From positions 1,696,001-1,760,000 of the forward strand of contig CAWAIF010000003.1 in NCBI GenBank assembly GCA_963782055.1: 64,000 nucleotides of DNA, in the 5' to 3' direction. Shown here piece after piece: positions 29,246 to 41,732 of the stretch; the stretch's first letter is position 1, and every line of letters begins with the position of its first letter. The translations under genes were made by a program, and so were the position numbers. Origin of the DNA: an uncultured delta proteobacterium (GTDB taxonomy: Bacteria > Myxococcota_A > Polyangia > Polyangiales > Polyangiaceae). The notes beneath the pieces are model-generated. The model had not been told where the DNA came from. It made no database searches and worked only from the letters and a program-made list of their open reading frames with translations.

Positions 29246-29357
29246 GCCCTCCCCACAGCGACAGAAGCGTGACAGCCGCAGTGACGCCACCCACGCCCCA
29301 AGGAAGGCTGGCGCGCTTCTTTCGCCCTCAGGGCGTGGCACCGCACGAAGCTCCCTC
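29223..29357. repeat. 28-bp inverted repeat (27/28 match) with 79-bp spacer overlapping the DUF559 start
   Basis: GAGGGAGCTTCGTGCGGTGCCATGCCCT (29223-29250) vs AGGGCGTGGCACCGCACGAAGCTCCCTC (29330-29357). Confidence 0.92.
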
Positions 29358-29406
29358 GCACGTTCCCGCGCACCCTCGAGGGGAGCGCCATTGGGGGGAG
29401 GGCCTT

Positions 29407-29491
29407 GTTCACAGCCCGCCACCAGCGCGCCGAACATCCTCCCCGCCCGAGCGAGCGAAGCGAGCGATGGGCAAGGGGAGGAGCCGCGCGC
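29407..29491 (-). repeat. ~85-bp REP-like hairpin element, copy C (inverted relative to A and B)
   Basis: Minus strand GCGCGCGGCTCCTCCCCTTGCCCATCGCTCGCTTCGCTCGCTCGGGCGGGGAGGATGTTCGGCGCGCTGGTGGCGGGCTGTGAAC, immediately after the glgB stop. Confidence 0.92.
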
Positions 29492-29492
29492 G

Positions 29493-31411
29493 TCAGCGCG
29501 CGGCAGGAGGGGCCCCCCTCTTCCTCAAAAACACAGCCCCCAGCGGCGGCACCACCAGACTCACCGACATCGCCCTCCCGTGCGCCGGCACCGGCGCCGC
29601 CTCCACCGACCCCAGGTTCCCGTGCCCGCTCCCGCCCAGCTCCTTCCCGTCCGTGTTCAAGATCTCGTCCCAGCTCCCCCCGCGCGCCGCCCCGACCCGG
29701 TAGTTTTGCAGCGGCACCGGCGTGAAGTTGAGCACCACGATCAACCTGGCGCCGTCCCGCGCCACCCGCTCGTACGCGAGCACGCTGCGCTCGGTGTCGT
29801 TGGGCTCGATCCAGCGAAACCCCGCCGGATCGCAGTCCAGATCGTGGAGGCAGGGCTCCGTCTTGTAGAGCCTGTTCAGCTCCCCGACCAATAGCTGGAG
29901 CTGCCGGTGGCGCTCGTCCGCGAGCAGGTGCCAGTCCAGGCTGGCGTCGTGGTTCCACTCCCGCTCCTGGCCGAATTCGTCCCCCATGAAGAGGAGCTTC
30001 TTGCCCGGCTGCGAGAACATGTAGGCGAAGAGCAGGCGCAGGTTGGCGCGCTTCTGCCAGTCGTCGCCCGCCATCTTGCCGTACAGCGACCCCTTGCCGT
30101 GCACGACCTCGTCGTGGGAAAGCGGGAGCACGTACGCCTCGCTGAAGGCGTACAGGCCGCGCATGGTGAGGTCTCCTTGGTGGTGCTTGCGGTGGATGGG
30201 ATCGCGCCCCAGGTAGCGCAGGGTGTCGTGCATCCAGCCGAGGTCCCACTTGAAGTCGAAGCCCAGGCCCCCGTCCTCGGTGCGGCCGGTGACGCGCGGC
30301 CACGCGGTGGACTCCTCCGCGATCGTCACCACGCCCGGGCGCTCGCGGTGCACGGCGTCGTTGAGCTGCTGCAGGAACTGGACGGCGCCCAGGTTCTCGT
30401 GGCCGCCGTGGATGTTGGGGACCCACTCCCCGCCTCGCCGGCCGTAATCGAGGTAGAGCATGGAGGCGACGCCATCGACGCGCAGGCCGTCGGCGTGGAA
30501 GCGGTCGACCCAGTACATGGCGCTGGAGAGCAGGAAGCTGCGCACCTCCCCGCGGTCGTAGTTGAAGATGGCGGTCTGCCACTCGGGGTGGAAGCCCTGC
30601 CGCGGGTCGGCGTGCTCGTAGAGGTGGCTGCCGTCGAAGAAGACCAGGCCGTGCTCGTCGGTCGGGAAGTGGCCGGGGACCCAGTCCAGGATCACGCCGA
30701 TGCCCGCCTGGTGCAGGGCGTCGACGAGCGCCATGAGCTCCGCCGGATCGCCGTAGCGCGAGGTCGGGGCGAAGTAGCCTGTCGTCTCGTAGCCCCACGA
30801 TCCGTAGAAGGGATGCTCCATCACCGGCAGCAGCTCCACGTGGGTGAAGCCCAGTCGCTCGACGTACTCCACCAGCTTCGGCGCCAGCTCGGAGTAGCGC
30901 ATGAAGCGATTGCCCTCTTCGGGTACGCGCATCCAGGAGCCGAGGTGGACCTCGTAGACGCTCATGGGCGCCCCTCGGCCGGAGCGAGCGGCGCGGTCGC
31001 GCATCCACGCCTCGTCCTTCCAGGCGTACTCGGTGGCGTCGATCACCGACGCCGTCCGGGGCGAGATCTCCGCGCGGCGGGCGAAGGGATCCGCCTTGTC
31101 CACGCGATAGCCGTTCAGCCGCGAGGCGATGCGGAACTTGTAGCAGGCCCCGGGTGAGGCGCCGGGCGCGAAGCCTTCCCACACGCCGCTCGCGCCGTGC
31201 GGGACGAGGCGGGTGGCCTCGCCGTTCCAGCCGTTGAAGTCGCCCACCACGTTCACCGACTCCGCCGTGGGCGCCCAGACGGCGAACCAGGTGCCGTCCT
31301 TGCCGTCCACCGTGGCGCGGTGCGCGCCCAGCGTGTCGTAGAGGCGGGGGTGGGTGCCCTCCGCGAAGAGGTACAGGTCCACCTCCCCGAGCACCGGCGG
31401 CGCCGGCGGCA

Positions 31412-31412
<1 letters not shown>
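29493..31412 (-). CDS. glgB: 1,4-alpha-glucan branching enzyme
   Basis: FAVWAP, YEVHLGSW, ELLPVMEHPFYGSWGY, DWVPGHFP, DGLRVDGVASMLY, AEESTAWP, PLSHDEVVHGKGSL. Confidence 0.97.
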
Positions 31413-34726
<3,314 letters not shown>

Positions 34727-34752
34727 GTCTCTCGCTTGTTCGACGTTCGGGT

Positions 34753-36756
34753 TCACATGAAGTATTCGAACTGGTTCTCGGTGCGCACGAAGCGGCGGAG
34801 GGCGAAGACGTGGGCGGGCATCGCCCTCGGGTCGAGCTCCACGTAGTTGCGGGCGCCGCGCCACGCGAAGTGCGCGCCGCCGAGCTCGTCGTCGACCTGG
34901 AAGCTCTCGTCGGCGGCGAGGCCGAGCGCGTCGAGGTCGAGGTCCAGCCACGCGGAGTGGGTGTGGTGCGGGTCCAGGTTGACGACGACCAGCACGGTGT
35001 CGTCGCGACCGCCCGGGGCGCGGGCCTTCTCCCGCTTGCTGTAGCAGAGCACCAGCTCGTTGCTCGTCGGGTGGAAGTGCAGGGAGCGGTTGTCCTGCAG
35101 GGCGGGGTGCGCGCGGCGGATGGCGTTGAGGCGGGTGACGACCGGCGCGAGGGAGTCCTCCCGCGTCAGGTCCCAGCGGCGCACCTGGTACTTCTCGCAG
35201 TGCAGCAGCTCCTCGGCGCCCGGACGCGGGGTGCTCTCCATCAGCTCGTAGCTCGGTCCGTAGATGCCGTAGGCGCTCGAGAGGGTGCTCGCCAGCACCA
35301 GGCGGGAGAGGAAGGCCCCGCGGCCGCCGTGCACCAGGTGCTCGGGGAAGATGTCCGGCGTGGTGGGCCACAGGTTGGGGCGGAAGAACTCCCCCACCTC
35401 GGTGCGCGTCAGCTCGGTCATGTACGCGGTGAGCTCCTCCTTCGTCGTGCGCCACGTGAAGTACGTGTACGACTGCGAGAAGCCCGCCTTGGCGAGGGCG
35501 TACATCACCTTCGGCCGGGTGAAGGCCTCGGCGAGGAAGACGGTCTCCGGGTGGCGCTCGCGGACGGTGCGGATGCACCAGTCCCAGAAGGGGATGGCCT
35601 TGGTGTGCGGGTTGTCCACGCGGAAGACGCGCACGCCGTGGCCCACCCAGAAGAGGACGACGTCGCGCAGGGCGCTCCAGAGCGCGCGCCAGTCCTCGCA
35701 CTCGAAGTCGAAGGGGTACACGTCCTGGTACTTCTTGGGCGGGTTCTCCGCGTACTGGATGGAGCCATCGGGGCGGGCGCGGAACCAGCCGGCGTGCTCC
35801 TTCACCCACGGATGATCCGGCGAGGCCTGGAAGGCGACGTCCAGCGCGATCTCCATCCCGAGCTCGCGCGCGCGGGCGACGAGGCGATCGAAGTCGGCGA
35901 GGGTGCCGAGATCGGGGTGCACGCTGGTGTGGCCGCCCTCCTTCGCGCCGATGGCCCAGGGGCTGCCGGGATCGCCGGGCTTCGCCTCCGGGGTGTTGTC
36001 CGGTCCCTTGCGGAAGGTGCGGCCGATGGGGTGGATGGGCGGGAGGTAGACGATGTCGAAGCCCATGCCGGCGACGTAGTCCAGGCGCTTCGCGGCGTCG
36101 GCGAAGGTGCCGTGGCCATCGGCGTCGGCGGTGGAGCGTGGGAACATCTCGTACCAGGCGGAGCAGCGCGCGATCTTCGGCTCGACGACGGCGACGAGCT
36201 CCGCCGAGCGCGTGGCGCGGGAGCGATCGGGGAAGCGGGAGACCTCCTCGCGCAGCGTGGCGCTGGTGGCCTGGGCGACGCGCTCGGCTATCGGCCCGCT
36301 GTCCAGCGCGCGGGCGGCGTCCTTCAGCCACGCGCCCCGGTCGCCGGCGCGCGCGGCGGCGGCGCGCACCAGGGCGGCGCCCTCCTGCAGCTCGAGGGAG
36401 ACGTCGGCGCCGGCGGCGAGCTTGCGGTCGAGCGCCCAGCGCCAGCTCGCGAAGGCGTCCACCCAGCCCTCCACGGCGTAGCGCCAGCCACCGAGCAGGG
36501 GCAGGTCGAAGGCGCCGTGGAAGACGTCGTTGGGGGCGGCGACGAGCGGGGACTCGGTCCACTCGGTCACCGACTCGTGGCGGTGGCGGACGACGCCGGC
36601 GAGCAGATCGTGGCCGTCGACGACCAGATCCGCCTCGACGTCCAGGCGGTCGCCCACGACGCGCTTGACCGGGTGGCGCCCGGCGTCGACGCGCGGGCGG
36701 ACGTCGGCGACGACGACGCGACGGCGGGCGGATTCGGGGAGGGAGCGATCGTCCAT
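34753..36756 (-). CDS. glgE: Alpha-1,4-glucan:maltose-1-phosphate maltosyltransferase
   Basis: WYEMFPRS, YLPPIHPIG, GSPWAIG, YAENPPKKYQD, FRVDNPHTK, FLAEAFTRP, GFSQSYTYFTWR. Confidence 0.97.
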   Translation of the reverse strand: MDDRSLPESARRRVVVADVRPRVDAGRHPVKRVVGDRLDVEADLVVDGHDLLAGVVRHRHESVTEWTESPLVAAPNDVFHGAFDLPLLGGWRYAVEGWVDAFASWRWALDRKLAAGADVSLELQEGAALVRAAAARAGDRGAWLKDAARALDSGPIAERVAQATSATLREEVSRFPDRSRATRSAELVAVVEPKIARCSAWYEMFPRSTADADGHGTFADAAKRLDYVAGMGFDIVYLPPIHPIGRTFRKGPDNTPEAKPGDPGSPWAIGAKEGGHTSVHPDLGTLADFDRLVARARELGMEIALDVAFQASPDHPWVKEHAGWFRARPDGSIQYAENPPKKYQDVYPFDFECEDWRALWSALRDVVLFWVGHGVRVFRVDNPHTKAIPFWDWCIRTVRERHPETVFLAEAFTRPKVMYALAKAGFSQSYTYFTWRTTKEELTAYMTELTRTEVGEFFRPNLWPTTPDIFPEHLVHGGRGAFLSRLVLASTLSSAYGIYGPSYELMESTPRPGAEELLHCEKYQVRRWDLTREDSLAPVVTRLNAIRRAHPALQDNRSLHFHPTSNELVLCYSKREKARAPGGRDDTVLVVVNLDPHHTHSAWLDLDLDALGLAADESFQVDDELGGAHFAWRGARNYVELDPRAMPAHVFALRRFVRTENQFEYFM

Positions 36757-36959
36757 GGACGATCAGGGATACCGCCGTGAGCCGTCATGGCAAGCCCCGG
36801 TCCGCTCTCGGGATCCCGCCCTTCGTCGTCGCCGGGCGCGGCCTGCCCTCCTCGCCGTGCCGATGGTCGTCTCGTCACTCGTTCGCGCGCGCCCGTCGCA
36901 TCCCGCGGCGCGTCGCGTGACAAGCTGCCCTTGTGCTCCTTTGGCGTCGCTGAGCTTGG

Positions 36960-37205
36960 TCGGCGAGAGCCGCGACGCCGTCGACGTACTGGTTTGGCGC
37001 GGTTGTTCCAGATCTGGGTCGGCGACGGCAGGCACGTGTCCATGTCGCAGTGGTCGATGGTCCAGTTGGAGGAGTAGAAGAGGCCGCTCGAGTCCACCGC
37101 GATGTGAACGGCGCCGGGCAAGCCGGCCCGGAGCGTCTCGACGGGCACTTTCCCCCGACGCACGCGGCCGTTGCTGCACGAATGCCCGCACTTGCCGCAG
37201 TCGGT
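36960..37205 (-). pseudogene. Remnant of a myxobacterial Cys-rich/beta-propeller secreted protein
   Basis: DCGKCGHSCSNG then frameshifted ACVGGKC, followed by HIAVDSSGLFYS; no start or signal peptide. Confidence 0.5.
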
Positions 37206-37244
37206 GGACGCCGTTCGGCGGTCGCGCGAGCGGCGTGTGCCGGT

Positions 37245-38687
37245 CTACGGCGCGCACGGTGGCGTGTAGAGCGCCCCGCTGTTCGGAAAGGCGAAGGCGC
37301 CGGCGTCGGCGTTCCACTCGCCACCCCAGACGAACATCTGCTTTCCGTTCCACACGTCGTGGTACCCGACGTACATGTTGGTGGCGAAGGACGGCGCGCC
37401 GTCGAGCGTGACGGGGCCGTCCCACGCGTTGGCCTCGGGGTCGAAGATGGCGCCGCTCGCCGACACCGTGCCGCCATCGAGGCTCGGGATGTTGCCCCAC
37501 ACGATCATGCGCTTCCCGGTCCACACCAGCGTGTGGGGGAACAGCCCGGGCGCCGGCGCCCCCACCATCGACGTCGCGGTCCACGTGTCCGTCTTCGGGT
37601 CGTAGATGCCGCCGGTCCCGTACTGGAACGACTTGTTCGCGCCGACGCCGCCGTAGACCACGAACTTGGACCCCGTCCACACCGCGGCGGCGAACATGCG
37701 CGCGTCGGGGGCGTTGACCTTGGAGATGAGCTTCCAGGAGTTCGTCGCGTAGTTGTAGAGGGCACCCGCGTTGGTGACGTTGCTCACGACGCTGTTCCAG
37801 GGGTGCGGGTCGGTCGTGCCGCCCCACACGAAGAAGTCGGTGTCGGAGGTGGCGGTGGCGTAATACGCCGTCCCCGCGAACCCCGTGCTCGGCTGCGTCG
37901 GGTACCAGGCGTCCTTCTGCGGATCGTAGTACGCGCCGCTCGTGAGCGGATTGCCGTTCGGAACGCTCGCGTCGGCGGCGGTGTCCAGGCTCTCGCCGCC
38001 CCAGAGGAAGAAGCGCCCGTTGACGTAGTAGCTCGCGTGATTCGCCCGCGGGGTCGGCGCGTTCGTCGCGGTCACCTGCTTCCAGGTGTCGCTCGCGAGA
38101 TCGTAGAGCCAGCCGCCGATCTGGATGCCGAAGCCGCTGTAGGTGAAGAGCTGTCCGCCGCCGAACGCCCACGACATGTCCCACCGGTACGCCGGCGGCG
38201 AGCCCACGTTGGAGATGCGCGTCCAGGTGTTGGTCTTCGGGTCGTAGCGCGCGCCGTCGGAGCAGGTGTTGGATGGGTACGGCAGGCCGCAGCCGAGCGG
38301 GAGGCCTCCCTCCGGGACCGGCGGGGCCGCGCCGTCGGGCTCGACCTCGGCCGTCGAGGCGCTGCTCCACTCCGTGCCGCCGAAGACGAGGTAGTCGGTG
38401 CCCGTCCAGAAGATGGCGGCCTCGTCGCGGCCGGGGAGCGGACCGGGCGCGACCGGCGTCCACGCCTGCGGCGCCGCGTCGACGCACGACACGGGCGACG
38501 CATCCGGAAGTCCGGCGTCGGGCACGTTCATGTCGCCCTGCGCGTCCGTCCCTCCCGCGTCGCCGGCGTCTGGACCGGTGAGTCCGTCGAGGCCCGTGAG
38601 GAGGCTGCACGCCACCAGCGAGGCGCCGGCCAGCGCGCCCAGGAGCACTCGCAGCGTGAGCATTCTCTTGATGGGGACGGACGGCAT
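37245..38687 (-). CDS. Kelch-repeat beta-propeller lipoprotein
   Basis: Lipobox LVAC; repeated WTG..VWGG / GARYDPKTNTW blades. Confidence 0.85.
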   Translation of the reverse strand: MPSVPIKRMLTLRVLLGALAGASLVACSLLTGLDGLTGPDAGDAGGTDAQGDMNVPDAGLPDASPVSCVDAAPQAWTPVAPGPLPGRDEAAIFWTGTDYLVFGGTEWSSASTAEVEPDGAAPPVPEGGLPLGCGLPYPSNTCSDGARYDPKTNTWTRISNVGSPPAYRWDMSWAFGGGQLFTYSGFGIQIGGWLYDLASDTWKQVTATNAPTPRANHASYYVNGRFFLWGGESLDTAADASVPNGNPLTSGAYYDPQKDAWYPTQPSTGFAGTAYYATATSDTDFFVWGGTTDPHPWNSVVSNVTNAGALYNYATNSWKLISKVNAPDARMFAAAVWTGSKFVVYGGVGANKSFQYGTGGIYDPKTDTWTATSMVGAPAPGLFPHTLVWTGKRMIVWGNIPSLDGGTVSASGAIFDPEANAWDGPVTLDGAPSFATNMYVGYHDVWNGKQMFVWGGEWNADAGAFAFPNSGALYTPPCAP

Positions 38688-38798
38688 GTCGGCCAGGCGA
38701 GCACGAGGTGCTTCGCTTTACCGTACCACGCCGGCACGGCCACGGCGCACTCCTCACTTCGCCACGGCCCTACCGCCGCGAGAATGCCGGCCGAGCGC

Positions 38799-39023
38799 TC
38801 AACGCTTCTCTTCTCTTTTGGCCGGAGTGGAGCGACGCAGCCGCGCACAGACCCAGAGCCACGACGCATACGCGGACAGCAGCCAGACGAGCGCCACCGG
38901 AACCCACCACCACGTGAAGCGAAGCGCCCAGCCGCTGCTCGCCCACCATGAGATGCCCAGCGCGGTGAGCACGCCGAAGATGGCCACGACCGTGATGTCC
39001 GGCTCGGCGACCTTCATCCCCAC
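38799..39023 (-). CDS. Small hypothetical membrane protein
   Basis: Two Trp-rich TM segments. Confidence 0.4.
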   Translation of the reverse strand: MGMKVAEPDITVVAIFGVLTALGISWWASSGWALRFTWWWVPVALVWLLSAYASWLWVCARLRRSTPAKREEKR

Positions 39024-39101
39024 GATGGTACCACCGCTCGCTGATCCTCCCCTTCAGGGCACCGGAGGGAGCATCAGGCGCTCGAAGCGCACGTCCTCCC
39101 G

Positions 39102-39536
39102 TCACCCCGGCAAGAGCTTCGGCGCGTAGACCGCCAGGAAGGCGACGACCGCCGCGTTCCACCCGATGCTCAGCGCCATGGGCAACGCGACGCGCCGGTG
39201 CGGGACGTTGGAGTAGCGCATCACCGCCATCACCAGCCAAGGACCGAGGAATGTCCCGAAGGCCAGGATCATCCAGAACATGTAGGGCGACGATGCCATG
39301 CGCTCGAGTCGAGGTGTACGCTTGCGCTCGATGAGACGCCCCCACCACGGGATGCGGTGGAGGGTCCTCCAGAGCACGTCGACGACGAGCACCTGCACGT
39401 ACGCGAGGGGCCAGCCGACGAGCGCCGCGACCCACGGCGAGACGCCGAGCACGGCCTTGGCGTACGGGATGGCGAAGAGCAACCCGCCGAAGGGGTTGAT
39501 CGCCAGCGCCACGAACCCGCCGTACGTGAGCCACAT
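39102..39536 (-). CDS. Putative small multi-drug export-type membrane protein
   Basis: Four TM segments, NPFGGLLFAIPY and FLGPW motifs. Confidence 0.55.
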   Translation of the reverse strand: MWLTYGGFVALAINPFGGLLFAIPYAKAVLGVSPWVAALVGWPLAYVQVLVVDVLWRTLHRIPWWGRLIERKRTPRLERMASSPYMFWMILAFGTFLGPWLVMAVMRYSNVPHRRVALPMALSIGWNAAVVAFLAVYAPKLLPG

Positions 39537-39572
39537 CGCCTGTACTTCACAGATGACCGCGCGGCGCCCCTG

Positions 39573-40850
39573 ATGCAAGCCCGGGCGGGACGCTTTCTCT
39601 TCGCGATGTGGGAAGGCGGCGGGACCGTGCCGCCGGAGCTGGCGGTGGCCTCGCGGCTCCGGGCGCGCGGGCACGAGGTGACGGTCATCGGCGATCCTTC
39701 GCTCGAGGCGGACGTGAAGGCGGCGGGCGCGCAGTTCGTGCCGTGGAGGGAGGCGCCACACCGCACGACGCGCACCCCCGAGAGCGAGATCGTACGCGAC
39801 TGGGCCGCGCGGACGCCGCTCGGCGCCTTCGCGCGGGCGCGCGATCGGCACGCCTTCGCGCCGGCGTGGCTCTTCGCGCGCGAGGTCGTCGCCGCCTTCG
39901 AGCGGCGCCCGGCCGACGTCGTCGTCGTCGACGCGATGCTCTTCGGCGCGCTGGTGGGCGCGGAGGCGACGGGCGCGCGGGTGGCGGCGCTCCTGCCGAT
40001 GACGTCCTTTCTCCCCGCGCCGGGCCGCCCGCCGGCTTCCCTCGGGCTGCGTCCCGCACGCGGGCTGCTCGGGCGGGCGCGCGACCGCGCGCTGTACGCC
40101 ATGGGCGACGCGCTCCTGTGGCGGTCGTGCTTGCCGCTGCTGAACCGCGCGCGCCGCGAGGTCGGGCTCGCGCTGCTGGCGCACCCGCTCGACCAGCTTC
40201 GCCGCGCGGATCGCGTGCTCGTGCAGACGAGCGCGTGGTTCGATCTGGACGCGCCGGCGGCCGAAGGCAACGTGCGATACGTCGGCCCCGAGCTCGCGGA
40301 CCCGGCGTGGGCGGCGTCGAGCCCGCCGCCGCCGCCGGCAGAGCCGCTCGTGCTGGTCGCCTTCAGCACCACCTTCATGGGGCAGACGGGGCTCCTCGAG
40401 CGCGTGGCGCGCGCGCTCGGCGAGCTGCCGGTGCGCGGGCTCCTCACGACCGGGCCGTCGCTCGACCCCCGCGCGGTGCGCGCGCCCCCGAACGTGACCG
40501 TCGTCCGGTCGGCGTCCCACGCCGCCGCGCTCGAGGAGGCCGCGCTCGTCGTCACGCACGGCGGGCACGGCACGGTCATCCGCGCGCTCGCGCATGGCGT
40601 GCCGCTGGTGATCCTGCCGATGGGACGCGATCAGGGCGACAACGCGGTGCGCGCGGCGCGGGTCGGCGCGGCCGTCGCGCTGTCGCGTCACGCGAGCGCG
40701 CGGCGCCTGCGTCGGGTGATCGGTGCAGCCGTCCGCGACGAGGCGCTGCACGCCGCGGCGCGTCGCGCGCGCGACCGGCTCGCGCGGGAGCGGCGAGGCG
40801 ATCCCGCGATCGCCGAGCTCGAGGCGCTCCTGGAGGTGCCCGGTGGGTGA
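39573..40850 (+). CDS. GT1 (MGT/UDP-glucuronosyl-like) glycosyltransferase
   Basis: WEGGGTVPPEL..RGHEV, VTHGGHGT..GVPLVILPMGRDQ. Confidence 0.9.
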   Translation: MQARAGRFLFAMWEGGGTVPPELAVASRLRARGHEVTVIGDPSLEADVKAAGAQFVPWREAPHRTTRTPESEIVRDWAARTPLGAFARARDRHAFAPAWLFAREVVAAFERRPADVVVVDAMLFGALVGAEATGARVAALLPMTSFLPAPGRPPASLGLRPARGLLGRARDRALYAMGDALLWRSCLPLLNRARREVGLALLAHPLDQLRRADRVLVQTSAWFDLDAPAAEGNVRYVGPELADPAWAASSPPPPPAEPLVLVAFSTTFMGQTGLLERVARALGELPVRGLLTTGPSLDPRAVRAPPNVTVVRSASHAAALEEAALVVTHGGHGTVIRALAHGVPLVILPMGRDQGDNAVRAARVGAAVALSRHASARRLRRVIGAAVRDEALHAAARRARDRLARERRGDPAIAELEALLEVPGG

Positions 40851-41718
40851 GTCGCCCGTCGCCCGGCTGCCGCGCATGGGCCTCGCGTCGAGCTACGGCG
40901 TCGGCGAGCGCGAGGTCGACGAGGCGTTCGAGCGCGGCGTCCGGTTCTTCTTCTGGGGGGCGCTCCGCCGCAGGAGCTTCGGCGCCGGGCTCCGGCGGCT
41001 CGCGCGGACCCGCCGCGGCGAGATGGTCGTGGCGATCCAGACGTTCACCCGCCGGGCGCGGCTCGTCCGCCCGTCGGTCGAGATCGCGCGCGCGCGGCTC
41101 GGCGTCGACGCGGTGGACGTGCTCTGCCTCGCGTACCGCAACGCCGGCGTCGAGCCGGGCGTGCTCGAGGCGGCGCACGCGCTCGTCGATCGAGGCCTGG
41201 TGCGATCCGTCATCGTCTCGTCCCACGACCGGCCGACGCTGATCGCGCTCGCCGGGGAGGACCGCGTCGGTGGGCTCATGGTCCGCTACAACGCCGCTCA
41301 CCGGGGCGCGGAGGCGGCCGTGTTCCCCGCGGCGCTGGCGCGCGGCCGCGCGGCGGTGGCCTACACCGCGACGCGCTGGGGGAGCCTGCTCGACCCCGCC
41401 GCGCTCCCGCCGGGCGAGCCCCCTCCGCGCGGCTCCGATTGCTATAGGTTCGTGCTCTCGCACCCGGCGGTCACCTCGTGCCTGTTCGGTCCCGCCGACC
41501 GTGACGAGATGATCGAGGCGCTCGCGGCGATCGAGCGCGGGCCGATGAGCGAAGAGGAGCTCGCGTGGATGAGGCGCGTCGGTGACGCCGTCCGCGCGCA
41601 CCTCCGGAGCGCGCCGCCGCTGGGCGCGCGCGGCTGGGCGCGTCACGCTGTCGGGATGGCGCGCTCGATCCGGCGGCACGGGATCACCGAAGATCTCCTC
41701 AGTCGCTTCAATCGGTAG
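40843..41718 (+). CDS. Aldo/keto-reductase-like protein (divergent)
   Basis: RLGVDAVDVL, GLVRSVIVSSH, MVRYNAAHRGAE, CYRFVLSHPAVT. Confidence 0.75.
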   Translation: MGESPVARLPRMGLASSYGVGEREVDEAFERGVRFFFWGALRRRSFGAGLRRLARTRRGEMVVAIQTFTRRARLVRPSVEIARARLGVDAVDVLCLAYRNAGVEPGVLEAAHALVDRGLVRSVIVSSHDRPTLIALAGEDRVGGLMVRYNAAHRGAEAAVFPAALARGRAAVAYTATRWGSLLDPAALPPGEPPPRGSDCYRFVLSHPAVTSCLFGPADRDEMIEALAAIERGPMSEEELAWMRRVGDAVRAHLRSAPPLGARGWARHAVGMARSIRRHGITEDLLSRFNR

Positions 41719-41732
41719 ATAGTAGGCACGTC

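Noticed and set aside
36789..36804. sigma54-like GG-N10-GC upstream of glgE (CGGACC-GGGGC-TTGCC, minus strand)
   Set aside because: Spacing fits but the -24 box is weak; too likely by chance in GC-rich DNA to list as a feature.
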